A stretch of 64,000 nucleotides of DNA from assembly GCF_009914755.1 (NCBI RefSeq), contig NC_060931.1; one strand, given 5' to 3'. The notes under the pieces are model-generated. The model was not told the origin of the DNA and searched no databases. It saw only the letters and a program-made list of their open reading frames with translations. The stretch is from the human T2T-CHM13v2.0 reference genome, Homo sapiens. The translations under genes and the position numbers were made by a program. Positions 1 through 12,282 of this stretch are shown here, in pieces (the stretch's first letter is position 1; every line of letters starts with the position of its first letter).

Positions 1-496
1 ACACATCCACACTTACAGGAAAAGTGAGAACCAGCCTTGGGGAAGGTGGAAGATTGTCCAGGAACAGTTCAGGTGTGGGCTGTAGCCAAATTCCACCCCC
101 ATGATCACCCACACCTTGATTTTCCCATGGTGGGAGCGGAGGGGAATGAAGCTTCCCGAGTGGGCTCAGAGGCTGTGACGCTGCTCTCCCTTATGCAGGA
201 GAGAAGCTAGGGCAAGATCATCCTTGGGATCCTTCCTGCTCTGATGCTCCAGGGTTTCTAGATCCACCCCATCCCTTGTCTACTCTGAACTACAAATGGT
301 TTTCTCTCACTTTAATCATCTGTCAAGAAATGCGGAAAAAGCTTGGACCAAATGACTTGCAGTCATCCAACATCAGCTGTGACTCTTAAGAAAAGTTTTG
401 GAAAAGGCTTTGAAGGTCACATTTTCTGTGAGACTAGGCAGTTTTCCCCATGTATGTATTTGGCCTCTTGGACAGCGTGTATTTTTCTAGTTGAGA

Positions 497-578
497 AAAG
501 GAAGATAAAGAAAGAGAGCAAGAGCAAGAGACAAAGACAGACAGATCAACAGAGAGAGAGAGAGAGAAAGAGACAGAA
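497..578 (+). repeat. GA-rich simple repeat
   Basis: agagagagagagagag and agacag runs. Confidence 0.8.
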
Positions 579-867
579 ATGACGTAGACCCAAACAGCCA
601 TATTTTCAGCCTGAGAAAGAAAAAGGAGCTGCAGGAAAGGTCCCGTTTGGGCATGTGCCAAAGCTATCCCCTCCCACCTTTGTTATCTTGGGGGTGAGAG
701 TTTGTCCTTGAAAGAAGGAACAAAGAGTGGTCTTTAAGATTGGAAAGCTGATTTATTAACCTTTGTCTGCTTACTTTAAAGGCCCCAAGTGACTGGCCAA
801 AGCCATGCATTCTAGACATGAGTGGGTAGACTGGGTACTCAGAGTAGCATAAATTGCAACTTGTGTA

Positions 868-1325
868 ATCTCCACAATCCCTTCTTCACAGCCCACTAAT
901 CAAAATTTTTTTCAACTTAGCAACAACTTCATTTGGTAGCAAAACTTGACCTGAACTGATATAGGGCAATTCGTAAGCTTTATCATACTTAGTGTGAAAA
1001 TTCATATATTTCACTCTGAAATATAAATGTGATTGATCAAGAGGTGCCAGGGATAGCAGGTGGGTTATGGTATATGCATTATTGATTATTTTACTAGAAT
1101 ATAAAAAACCTGAATTTCAAATCATATCTGGCTCCAAGGCTTCTTGTTTGTTTGTTTTTGTGTTTGTTTTTATAGAGACGGGGTCTTGCTCTGTTGCCCA
1201 GGCTGGTCTTTAGCTCCTGACCTTAAGTGGTTGTTCCACTCTGGTCTCCCAAAATGGTGAGATTACAGGCATGAGGCAATGTGCCCGGCAACTCCAAGGT
1301 TTTGAATAAGACATTGTTGACTTTA
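868..1325. mobile_element. Ancient DNA transposon (MER119-like) interrupted by a FLAM
   Basis: Degenerate terminal inverted repeats tccacaatccctt ... aagacattgttga; family name is recalled and uncertain. Confidence 0.45.
1142..1289 (-). mobile_element. FLAM_C-like Alu monomer
   Basis: T-rich tail followed by a left-arm Alu sequence; flanked by ctccaagg duplication. Confidence 0.85.
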
Positions 1326-1404
1326 CTAAAAATTATTTCTGCAGAATTGCATCTGAACTTGATACCTTATGTATCCTTAGAAATATCTAGCTGTATGTTG
1401 AAAT

Positions 1405-1740
1405 GTTCATTCATTCATTCCTTCATTCCACAGGCATTTTGGGAGTCCCTGCTGTGTGCTGGGAATCATATTAGATACCAGAGATGAGTACAAGATACAG
1501 TTCCTACAGTTCCTGCAATTTAGGAGCTTGACATGGGTAAGGAAATTAATGCATCAAAAGATAACTATAGTCCTGGGTGAAAAATGCTGTAAGCGGGTTG
1601 TGCATGTAGAGAGGAAAAAAACGTTTCTAACTCTGTATAGCAGAAGAAGTGATCTTAAGGTGAAAGCTAAAGGATGAGACAGCATTTTCAAGGCAAGCAA
1701 TTGGACTGAGGACAGCGTAGTGGGAAGGAAAAGCCACGGG
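1405..1740 (-). mobile_element. L2 fragment
   Basis: ttcattcattcattc 3' end followed by typical L2 3' sequence. Confidence 0.55.
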
Positions 1741-1759
1741 AATTCTTTCAACGTAGCTC

Positions 1760-1918
1760 CGGGTTCTGAAATTAGATTCTCTGGGTTTGAATCCCAGTTC
1801 TGCTGTCTCCTTGTCAGGTGACCTTATGCAAATTATTTAATCTTTTTGTGCCTCAGTTTTCTCATTGGTAAAGTAGAATCAATATCATTAACTATTTCTT
1901 AGACATGGAAAGCACTCA
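1760..1918 (+). mobile_element. MIR
   Basis: ctgggtttgaatcccagttctgc...gtgcctcagttttctcattggtaaa core. Confidence 0.75.
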
Positions 1919-4205
1919 AAAAAAAAACAAAACAAAACACATGAGCTCTTACTTCATGTGCAATGGGAACCCTGATTGCAAGGATGGCTCCTCGGGAGGG
2001 GCAGCAGGAGTCAGGTGTCTGCTCTCATCATGATTTGGTTTCTAGAGACATCCCCATCCCAATCCATGGCCCCTCTTCAGATGTTCAGATTTCTGGCCAC
2101 ACGACATTCTATTCAATGACCATGCAGCCTGGTGTCACTCGCTGCCCCTGCTCTGCACCCGCCTGCCACCAGATATCAGGTGAGTCGGCTTGATCCAGGG
2201 AGCAATTGTAACTGTGGCTGATTGTTATTAATGACACAGTATTGAGCTATTCAAGTTCAAACTCCCTAAAATTATTTCATGAAACTGGGGCATTATGACA
2301 AAAGAAAAATGGTGAGAATGAATCTCCATGTGTGCCTGCCTCACATGTGAGACTCAGGTAGCTCTCGAGGGCCGGGCGTGGGTTGGTTGCGTATGTGGGT
2401 GGATGTGTTATCCAATGAAATGAGAACAGAGAAGCCATGGAAGGGCACACCTGCCTATAGACGTGGCTCAGCTTGGAGGTGGGGGCAGGACCGATGTGGG
2501 TGGAAGTAGCAGGGTATGGGGAAGGAGGAGGCTAAAAAGGAAAAAACATAGCATTGAATTAACACAATCAACAAGAGATAGGATGGTTTGCACATATTTA
2601 TGTGAAATAATATGGGGGTTTCTGCATATAGACATTAAATAAAAAGAATAGATTTTTAAAAAGAGGGGATCCTCCTGACTTACCACTGTTGAAGTAAAAT
2701 ACAGACAGTGTGTAGGCACTAGGTATCCTGATTAAAACAGAACACCAAAAAACTTGATCACTCCATGGTCATAGCCTGATAGCTACACATTTGTTTTCCT
2801 GGTAAAGTGGTGCTTTTCCTTCATGTGTTCCCTCATTTATTCATTGAGCTCCTCCTGCTAAGAAATGGGATCCCTGCTCTCCAGGAGCTTATGGGTGATG
2901 TGGGAGACCAGCAAGGAAGCAGGGATTGAAGAATGGGATAAGGCGGAGCAGGCACTAGGGAGCTGGGGGCACTGAAGAGGAGCCAGGAGCACCCAGGAGG
3001 GCTGTGCAAGCGACTGAAAGTAACCTGGGAGCTGGAACGCGTCCCTGGGGTGGAGACACCTCAAATGAATTTTGAAAGCATTAGACCGAATGGGACGGAG
3101 GGCAGGGAGAGGCACTGGGCAGGTAAGGCATTCCTCCTGGGGGAATTTTATCGAAGGAATATGCCACAGAAGACACGCAGGTCTTGTCTCTACCACGTGA
3201 GGACTCCGTGCTAGTGGGTCAGGCATTTAAAACCTACTTGTTCCTCTAAAGCGTAGGGCTAAGAGTTGAGGGGTCAATGGAAAGCAAACTGTTGGATTCA
3301 AAGGTCAGATTCATCCATTACCGGATCTGTGACCTTGCACAAATGATTTTACCTCTTTAGAAAGGAGAAAATAATGGTGCTGACCTTAAATGGTTGGATT
3401 TACAACAGTTTTTGGTGCATAGACAGCACCAGATAACTTTTACTTATCAATATTTTTACTGAACCACAGATGGCTTTGAAGAATACATGAGACTGCATTT
3501 ATATGTATACGTGCTTTTTAAGTTGTAAAGCACTGAACCAGTTGTGACCTGCTGCATATGACACTTGAAACACAGTGATTTTTTAGAAAGAAGGAAAACA
3601 CAGTTTTTGCTTTTTCATAAAAGAATAATTTTCCCTTTCAAATTGGACCAAGAAAATCCCTGGCCACTGATGCTCTTGAATTCAATTTTTCAAAGGTGGT
3701 TCAATTGAAGAGTTGTCACTTTGACCCTGTTGTGTCCTGCTGGCCCACATCTAACACAGAAAATACAATAATGCATTCAACAGGGAGGGGGCAGGGGGCT
3801 CGATTTAATGGGAGCTAGGCATGATGACATGATTGGGGGCCTGGGGAGCTGGCTGCATCTCAGTCTTCCAGCATCTTCTTTCATGTCTGATATCTGCCCC
3901 CTACTCCCCATGTCCTGATGCTCTCTGGATTCATCCCCAGTCATGAAAAGGGGTGTTGCTAGCACTTCTGGGACCTGCAATGGCACTTTACATAGCTGGC
4001 TTGCAGGGGCTTATGCCAGAAGATTGGCTAGGAAGAGTTTTTAACTGTTTAACTCTTGGATCTCTCTAAGAGGCTCCAAATGTGGGTCTGAATCATAGCC
4101 TCCTCCTGTCCCTGGATATTATTACAACAGATGAGAGATGTTCAGTGGACTTAGTACTCATGAAGCTCGTGAGATGAAGGATGGCAGAACAAGGAAAAGT
4201 GTCTT

Positions 4206-4648
4206 TGTTAGGGGTTGAATTGTGTTCATGAAAAAAATATGATGAAGTCCTAACCCCTGGTATCTGCGAATGTGACCTTATTTGGAAACAGGGTCTTTAC
4301 AAGTGTAATCAAATCAAGTTAAGATGAGGGCATTAGGGCAGACCCTCATCCAATATGAGTGGTGTCCTTGTAAAAGGAAATGACAGGCACCCAGGGAAGA
4401 TGGCCAAATATGAAGATGAAGCAGAGACTGGAGCGATGCAGCTGCAAGGCAAGGTATGCCAATGCCTCACGGCCACCATTGGAAGCTAGGGAGAGACAGA
4501 AGGGATCCAACTAGAATCTTAGAAGGAGCGTGGCCCTGCTGCCATTTTGGCTCTGGACTTCTGACCTCCAGAACTGAGAGAGAATTAATTTCTGTTGTTC
4601 TAAGCCACCCAGTTTGTGGTGTTTTGTAACCGCAGACATAGGAAGCTA
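4206..4648 (+). mobile_element. MaLR LTR (MLT1C/B-like)
   Basis: gggttgaattgtgt...gaatgtgaccttatttggaaacagggtcttt...tttctgttgttctaagccacccagtttgtgg. Confidence 0.8.
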
Positions 4649-5416
4649 TAGCTTCTCAGTCCAGGTGTGCAGCCTAACTCTCACCTCTGTGTGTTCTCAG
4701 CCATCCACAAGGCTGAGCTAGCACAGGCTAAAGTAATAGGAGCTCCTGCAGGAGAGGAAGAGTAAAAGAAGCAGGGGCTGGGGCAGATGGTGTGGTTAAA
4801 TAAATATCTCACGGCTAAAGAACATTATTCTGAGTCATTAAAGCATCACTTGTATGTGTAGCATTCGCAGTCTTGCACCTGTACTAGAAGGCGAGCAATG
4901 GGGTGGACATGGACACCCAGGAGTCTAAGTGTGGGGTCTAAGGGCCTAAGAATTCCCTGGAAAATTTCCAGGAAAACACAGCACTCCCCCACCAGGTTTG
5001 GGGCCAAGGAATCTGGATTTTAAAACGTTTCAAGATGATTCTGAGACATAGGCATAATTTAGTTTATACTTAAATTTTAGATATGGGGAAGCTGAGGCTC
5101 AGAGGCTCAGAGACATTAAGTGGCCCAAGTTCTCAAAGTCAGCTCAAGAAGCAGCATTGCAAAGAAGTCAAGAATATGTATATTCCCAAAGAACACATGA
5201 GATCAAATGCACCTGGGGGTGTATCTTGGGTCCTCAGTGGCCCAGCAGAAGTTACTTCTTTAAGGCTCAGTTGCTTTCTCTGTGAAATGGGAATAATAAT
5301 AACCCTTACCTCATTTTATTGTTGTGAGAACTAAGTGAGGAAACATATCGAAAGTTCAGCATCTGGCACCTGGAACAGCGCCCATAAACCTGATAGCAGC
5401 AAAGCAGCAGTGGTCA

Positions 5417-5736
<320 letters not shown>

Positions 5737-6407
5737 AGAAGTAGCTTAGTGGAGGGTAGACCCCATGCTATTTTGCCTCTGAGTCCTGTGCCCTCTCAAG
5801 ACATGGCTTCACCCTTTAATGTTTTGAACAGCAGTTACCACGATGTCTAGCATAACCCCAGACTCAAAGTGGAGCTGGAATATGGACAGGAGGGTGTGGG
5901 AATTCTGGACAGTGTCTCTGCATTCACAACCCTATTCCTATGTATCTGAGCCAGATTTTTCATGTAATAGTTTGGGCGCTGTGAAAACACAGTCCCTGTC
6001 CAACCTTGTGAGTGTCTTGCACTAAAGATGCTCAGAGTCTTCTCCATGCCCAGTTGCCCACCCTGGTCCATAGTTCACATGCAGAGAGGGGCTGTTTCCA
6101 GGTGTAGTGCAGTGGGCACCTCGCTGGCAGGCACTTGCCGGCAGTGAGCCTCACTGCGGGCTGCATTCTAGCCTGGGGAACAGATCAGCTTTGAGATGCA
6201 AAGATGCTGGCATTCAGTATATTTCCCAAACGATTTTCTTCAGAGCTCATTTGTCTTTTGGTTTCTGTGCAATGTTTTGAGAAAGAAACACTCTCACCTT
6301 CAGGGATGCCTTTTAAGTGTGAAGATCATTTTGGTCATTAGAAAAGGGGGACAAGCAAAGACGTTATTACATGCTAGTGCTCAGGAAGGTAGAAATTGTA
6401 TACATAC

Positions 6408-6478
6408 AATTTAATTTTCTGGCAGATCTTGGCCAAAACCGGGAGTGAACAAATGTCAGAACCACTTCTAGAATATTT
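6408..6478 (-). CDS. AOAH: AOAH exon 6 (71 nt): KYSRSGSDICSLPVLAKICQKIK(L), small/large subunit junction region
   Basis: Acceptor ...ttttttctccccag and donor gtatgt; phase 0 start in frame with exon 5. Confidence 0.96.
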
Positions 6479-7559
6479 CTGGGGAGAAAAAAAAAAACAA
6501 AAAGAGAGTTGTTTAGTTTAAGGAGTGGTTCCCCACCTTCTAAAGGCCCCTCTGAACTTGAGGTTTCTGGATCCTCCTTCCTCTAGAATCCAGCCCATTT
6601 CACCTCTCTAAATTTACCTCTTGTTCCTGTCCCCACCATCCATATCCATGCCACTGCCTGTGCCTTTGCCCATCGGGCTCCTCAGCCCGAAGCCTTCCCT
6701 CCTTCTCTTCCAGCCAGCTCTTCCCAGCTTCCCAGCCACCCTCACTCTCCACCTTGTTCCAGGAGGGTCCGGCAACAGCATTCCTCTACCCAAGTGCTTT
6801 AAAAATAAAGAAGATTTTCAAACAAAATAATTCCATCTCATTATGGAAATAAAAACTAAAGGGAGAGACCAATCTGGGGTCTGGGAGGAAGGAAGGTCCC
6901 TTCCCCCACAGAGGAGAGAGGTGCACAGACCAAGCCCCTTGTGCTTCTTGAGCTGTGGGTTTCTAGACAGCGATTTCTATGAGGCTCCAGATGTGGGCTA
7001 CACTAAAAGCCCTGACGTTTTACCAAGCAGTGCTTTTAGAAACATTGCAGTTTCCACAATGCTTTCCTCAACTTAAAGAAAGAGAAGAAGACAATAGGGT
7101 AGAAAAGTGAGGCACCAGCATTTATCAATGAAGGGAGAGAGACACTGGATTCCTGCCAGCCCTGAGTCCTTCGAATGGCTATGAGGAGTGTTATGGGCAT
7201 TGGCGATATTTGACCCTGGCAAGAGAGAATCAGCAACCGTTTCAGAATATAAATGAGGTACTTAAGGATTTTTGAGATGCCTGCCCAGCTTTCTAGGAGG
7301 AGAAATAATCCTGACTGGTGGCCCAGCTCCATGTAAGATGTGGAGACAAAGAGGCTGTCCTTGTCCTCAGCTCTCCGTGGAGTGGAGGGCAAGGGTGGAG
7401 GCCCCAGCTCCGGGCACACCCTGTGGGGTCTGCAGAGGCCAAGGCACTAGCACGTGTCTCTAGGAACCTGGAGGAGAATGCAGATGACCCTGCAGTGAGG
7501 TGGGATAGAGGCAGGTGGGGAGGAAGAGAGACGGCCTGAGGCTTTGTGACTCAGTGCGG

Positions 7560-7870
7560 GCCACAGCCTTGCTAGAGATGCACATCCTTGCCTTCCACAT
7601 CCCCACCTCAGGGCTGCTGAATTGAAAACCCTGGGGTGGGTCGTGGCAGCCTATGTCTTCGTAGCCCTCCAAGTCATTCTGGTGCCCACTAAGGCTTGAC
7701 AACCACTGCTCTAGGTCTGTGTCACTCAACGTGTGATCACAGATGAGGAGTATTGATGCCACCTGGGAGCTTTCAGAGATGCAGAGTCTTGGGCCCTGCT
7801 GCAGACCTACAAAATCAGAATCTGCATTTTAACAACGTCCCCAGGATGCACACTAAAGCTGAAGTAGCCT
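7560..7870. mobile_element. Two adjacent MER5-type hAT elements
   Basis: MER5 motifs such as aatcagaatctgcattttaacaacgtccccaggatg and gacaaccactgctctag. Confidence 0.6.
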
Positions 7871-8179
7871 GGCTCCCGGAAGAGGGAGTGCCCGAGCAGT
7901 GCTGTGGAGGTATGAGAAAGCTTGGTGTCTTAGAGGAATGCCAAACATTCCCACCTGGAGGGAGAATCGGAATGGCAGAATGCAGTGAACCATGGAAGGA
8001 AGGAGACAGGACGGGGAGCAGGGGCCTGGAGTGCAGCACTACATGTTACCCTGAGGACTGTGGGGAAGCCGTGGAGGTGTCAGGCAGAGGAATCACATTT
8101 GCGTTTCGGAAAGATGTCTCTAGGCGTGGGAAGATGGCCTGGAGAAGGATCATTTGAGATAAGAGACCCCAAGGCCCTA

Positions 8180-8413
8180 TCTCAGGGTTTCAAACCTCGG
8201 TGCTATTGCCATGTTGAGCCGATAATAATTCAGTCTTTGCTGTGCGGGCTGCCCTGTGCACTGTGAGATGCTGGGCAGCATCTCTGGCCTGTGACCCCCA
8301 GATGCCCGCCGCACAAATCTGCCTCCAGACATTGCCAAATCTGCCTCCAGACACTGCCAAATGTCCCCAGGGTGGGAGCAAGGGGCAATATTGCCACGAG
8401 TTGGGAAGCACTG
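8180..8413 (+). mobile_element. MER20 DNA transposon with internal 22-bp tandem duplication
   Basis: gggctgccctgtgcactgtgagatg...cagacattgccaaatgtcccc; caaatctgcctccagaca(t/c)tgc twice at 8314-8357. Confidence 0.8.
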
Positions 8414-8545
8414 ATGGGAAACAGGGCGGAGGAGGGTGATGGTGTGAAGAAGGGGTGGTTAGAAGGGTGACTCCAGAGACTTAGTAGCTGACTAAGATCA
8501 GGATTGTGGACACACTGCAAAACAAGCATCAGCATAAGCTTCTAC

Positions 8546-9007
8546 TAAGGTAGGAGACCACTCCTCATATTGTCTTATGTCCAATTTCTGCCTCCAAAGA
8601 AAGAAACAGTAAAACCTCGAAGGCAGAAATGAAATCCACAAGCAGACAGCTCGGCGCCACACCCTGGGCCTGGTAGTTAAAGATTGACCCCTGACCTAAT
8701 CGGTTATGTTATCTATAGATTACAGACATTATATAGAAAAACACTGTGAAAATCCCTATCCTGTTTTGTTCCAATCTAATTACCGGTGCATGCAGCCCCC
8801 AGTCACGTACCCCCTGCTTGCTCAATCAATCACGACCCTCTCACGCGCATCACTTTAGAGTTGTGAGCCCTTAAAAGGGACAGGAATTGCTCACTCGGGG
8901 AGCTCGGCTCTTGAGACAGGAGTCTTGCCGATGCCCCTGGCCGAATAAATCCCTTCCTTCTTTAACTCGGTGTCTGAGGAGTTTTGTTTGCGGCTTGTCC
9001 TGCTACA
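8546..9007 (+). mobile_element. Solo LTR2 (HERV-E/Harlequin LTR)
   Basis: Starts TAAGG(T)AGGAGACCAC and ends TCCTGCTACA as in the recalled LTR2 consensus; 4-bp TSD CTAC (8542-8545, 9008-9011); AATAAA intact. Confidence 0.9.
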
Positions 9008-11109
9008 CTACAACATTGACAGCACTTCGGAAATACAGACACTATCTGAGATCCAGAGTCCAAAGTCAGGTTGCATTTGAATGTTTGAGGTACTTTTAAT
9101 ATTCAGTTTAGTCTGAAGGCCTTGGTCTAATTCTCCTAACAACAGTCTAGATTTTAACACTGGTAATAGCAAACTATTAAAAATTGATATGAACAGTTTT
9201 ATAATTACTAGACAAAAGGTGCAATAGAATACTATTATATAATTGCACAGCTGTTTGCTGTCAAAATTCAGCCTGATGGCTGCAGCTGTCTTTGCCATTC
9301 ATTGTGTAGAAATTGGGGTTAAGTGGGTGGCAGATGATATAGGGGCCCCTAGAATTCCTCCTGGTTAGACTGAGGTTTTGATTATCTGGTCTTTTCATTA
9401 CATAGTATGGGAAAGACCACCCTTCTCTTACAAAGAGAACTGAGATGGGCCCCGAGCAACATTGTATGAGTCTTGCTTGCCTATTTGCCAGCCTCCTCCT
9501 TTCAATTTGAACTTTGCTAGATAGAGACAAAATGTGGGCTGTTATTAACTCAGCAATACATTTAAAATATTGCAACTGGCTGCATCTAATCCCATCTAAA
9601 ATGAGAGTCTCAAATCAGGGCTGTCCCTGGGGACAGGAGTCATGCAGCATCTTTGCTTTGCAATCTATTTAACCGGCTTCCTGAGCTTCCCCATGCACCA
9701 GGATGTCAAATGAATGCAGAACAACAAACGGGTTGAATAAAGAAAAATGGGCTGAATGGGGTAAATGGAAGGTCAAAGTGGGACAGTCATCACTCTTCTG
9801 TACACAGCCAGGCTGAAACTGAATTTCTGTGTGGCAAAGTGCTTTTCAACCCTTGTCGTGTATTATATTACCTGGGTTTAATTGGTCTAGGGTGGGGTTT
9901 GGATCTCGGCAATTTTTATAGGCTTCCCAGATGATTCTATTGAGCGGGTGGGTTTGTGATCAGGGCTGTCATTTGTAACTGCACAGGTTGTCCACTGTAC
10001 GATCCCAATATCCGCATAGCCTGTGACGTAAATGGTGCTCCCCAAAGTTTAGTACTAAGGAGGCCTTGTTGAAAGCTACTGGCCTAGTAGAAAGGGTACT
10101 GAACGTGGAGATAGCTAGCTCTGGATTTAAACGTGGGGTTTCTCACCTACTAGCTATGTGGGGTGAGCACATAACTTAACCTACCCGAGACTCAGTCCTC
10201 TCATCTATAAAATGGGGCTGATGACAAAAATACTCTATCTATTTGAGAATGAAATGATTCCATAACTCAGGTGCTCTTAGATGCTCGATGCTCTGCCAAA
10301 TCCATGAAATGTTCCCTCTAGGATCCTCTCATGGCCTCATTGAGATCCAGGCTTTATCTGGAATGTTTGATCTCCTTCAATAATGCATAACTGTTTTCAA
10401 GTCTGAATTCTCACCAACCGATAGGCTGTGCTGAAATGATATGGAACCTACTGAGTGCAGCTTTCTGTACCCTGGCCAGGTCTGAAGTTATATCAGCCAT
10501 CACAGTGGAATTATTAATTACTCTCCGAGCAGTTTTTTCAGACACACTTATTTGCATTTTCTGTTTATTTTTGCCTTGATAGCTGTAATCTGGAGAGCAA
10601 ATAAATTGGTGGAGGTTTCAGAAGAGTATTTTTATTGTTGAATTGTTCAGTAGAATTTTTTTTTTCACTTCTCGCGAGTAATTGTTGGAATCCTGCCCCG
10701 TGAATTATGCTTGCAATTCTGGTGACAGAAGTAAAAAATTGTAAAATCCTAATTAGGAGTTAATGCCAAGGCAGTTTTTGCTACTGAAGTAAACAATGCC
10801 TGGAGAATACGTTTTTAGGGGTGTGTGGAGAAGAATAAAATACCAATTGTATTGTTCTCCATTTCTGCTCAGAGTTCTGAAGGGGGTGGTCAAGAGTTTC
10901 CTGTGGTCTTTTAATATCTTATTCAACAACTTAAGCAAATTAGCTCAACGGGCTACTGTTGGCCCTTAATTATTCACTGAATTAAATAATGATTGTCAAT
11001 GCAGACATTGTGATTGATTAATCAGTTATGTAGAAATGCCTACATATTGCCTGTCACTTAACATGTATTTATTGGCCTTGTTCATAAAAACCCATAGGCC
11101 CTCCATGAG

Positions 11110-11225
11110 CAGAGTTGCCAGATAAAATATTACACTAGATATACTAAAACACTATTCGTTGTTTATCTGAAATTCAAATTTAACTGGGCATCCCATATTT
11201 TTACTTGCGAAATCTGGCAAGCCTA
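11110..11225. mobile_element. MER53-like hAT MITE, internally deleted
   Basis: TIRs cagagttgccagat / atctggcaagccta; 8-bp TSD (T/G)CCATGAG. Confidence 0.75.
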
Positions 11226-11589
11226 GCCATGAGGGATTTTCCTCCCTTTTATTTCTATGTTGCCAAATGAATAATACCTCAAATGTAGTGTATCAAGGTG
11301 AATGATGAGCTAGCCAGCAGGGAGAAGCCAAGGACGAGGTCTTTGCCCTCCCATTGCCCATTGCTGATGGATGCTTCCTTACTGCCAGTATCTTTGGCAT
11401 TGAGGATAATGTCGTGCTTTAAAGATCTACTTTTCTGCTTCCTTTTCAAATGGGCTGATTTGCAACCAGGGCCTAAGTCAAATACGTAAGCCTGCGAGAA
11501 CTGATCTGAAATAAATATTCTATCTGTTGAACGAGAGTGTTATTACACAGAGGACAAATTAAGGAAACATGAATAAAAATTATGATAAC

Positions 11590-11780
11590 TAACTCACATT
11601 TATCGAGGACTTGGTAAGTCCTAGCCAAGATCCCAGATGCTCTCTGCACTCTCAACTCTATCAGTACTGACACTGGAGGACGCTATTATCATCCTTGTCT
11701 TACAGACAAGAAAACTGGGGCTCAGTGAAGTTGAGCACCGTGCTTAAGGTCACATTTTTAGAAAGTGGAGAAGCAGGAGG
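11590..11780 (-). mobile_element. MIR
   Basis: tacagacaagaaaactggggctcagtgaagttgag core. Confidence 0.65.
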
Positions 11781-11814
11781 ATACAGCCTCCTCCAAGACG
11801 GTCTACTGGAAAGC

Positions 11815-12042
11815 AGCAGTTCTCAACTGGGGGTGATTTTGCCTTCCAGGGGACATTTGGCAATGCTGGGAGGCATTGTTGGTTGTTGTGACTGGGGAGG
11901 GGTGGATGGTGGTGCTGCTGGCATCTAGTAGGTAGAAGCCAGGGTTGCTGCTGAACACCCTACAAAGCCCAGGACAGCCTGCACAACAAAGGATTATTCT
12001 GCCCCAGGTGTCAGCAGTGCTGAGGCTGAAAAACCACACTGT
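11815..12042 (-). mobile_element. MER20
   Basis: cagcagttctcaactgggggtgattttgcc...ggcatctagtaggtagaagccagggttgctgctgaacac. Confidence 0.85.
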
Positions 12043-12222
12043 AGTGAGAAGGCAGGAAACACAAGTGGAAGCAGTTCACATTCCTACTTCCATCCCCACG
12101 TAGCTATGGCATGTTGCAGGCTTATATCCGGAGTAGTCCTTGCCTTTGGGATGTGAAAGCCGGGGCCAGTGAGAGAGGACATGCCAAGGAAAAGGCTGGC
12201 GTTCTACGTGCTTAGTGCTTAC

Positions 12223-12282
12223 CAGAATCGGGGACTTCTTGACAATTTGTCTTGCCTTCTGTAGTGTAAATTTCCATGTCTC
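12223..12282 (-). CDS. AOAH: AOAH exon 5 (60 nt): ETWKFTLQKARQIVKKSPIL
   Basis: Acceptor tctctaactttgtttttatag with CTAAC branch point, donor gtaagc; phase 0-0. Confidence 0.96.
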
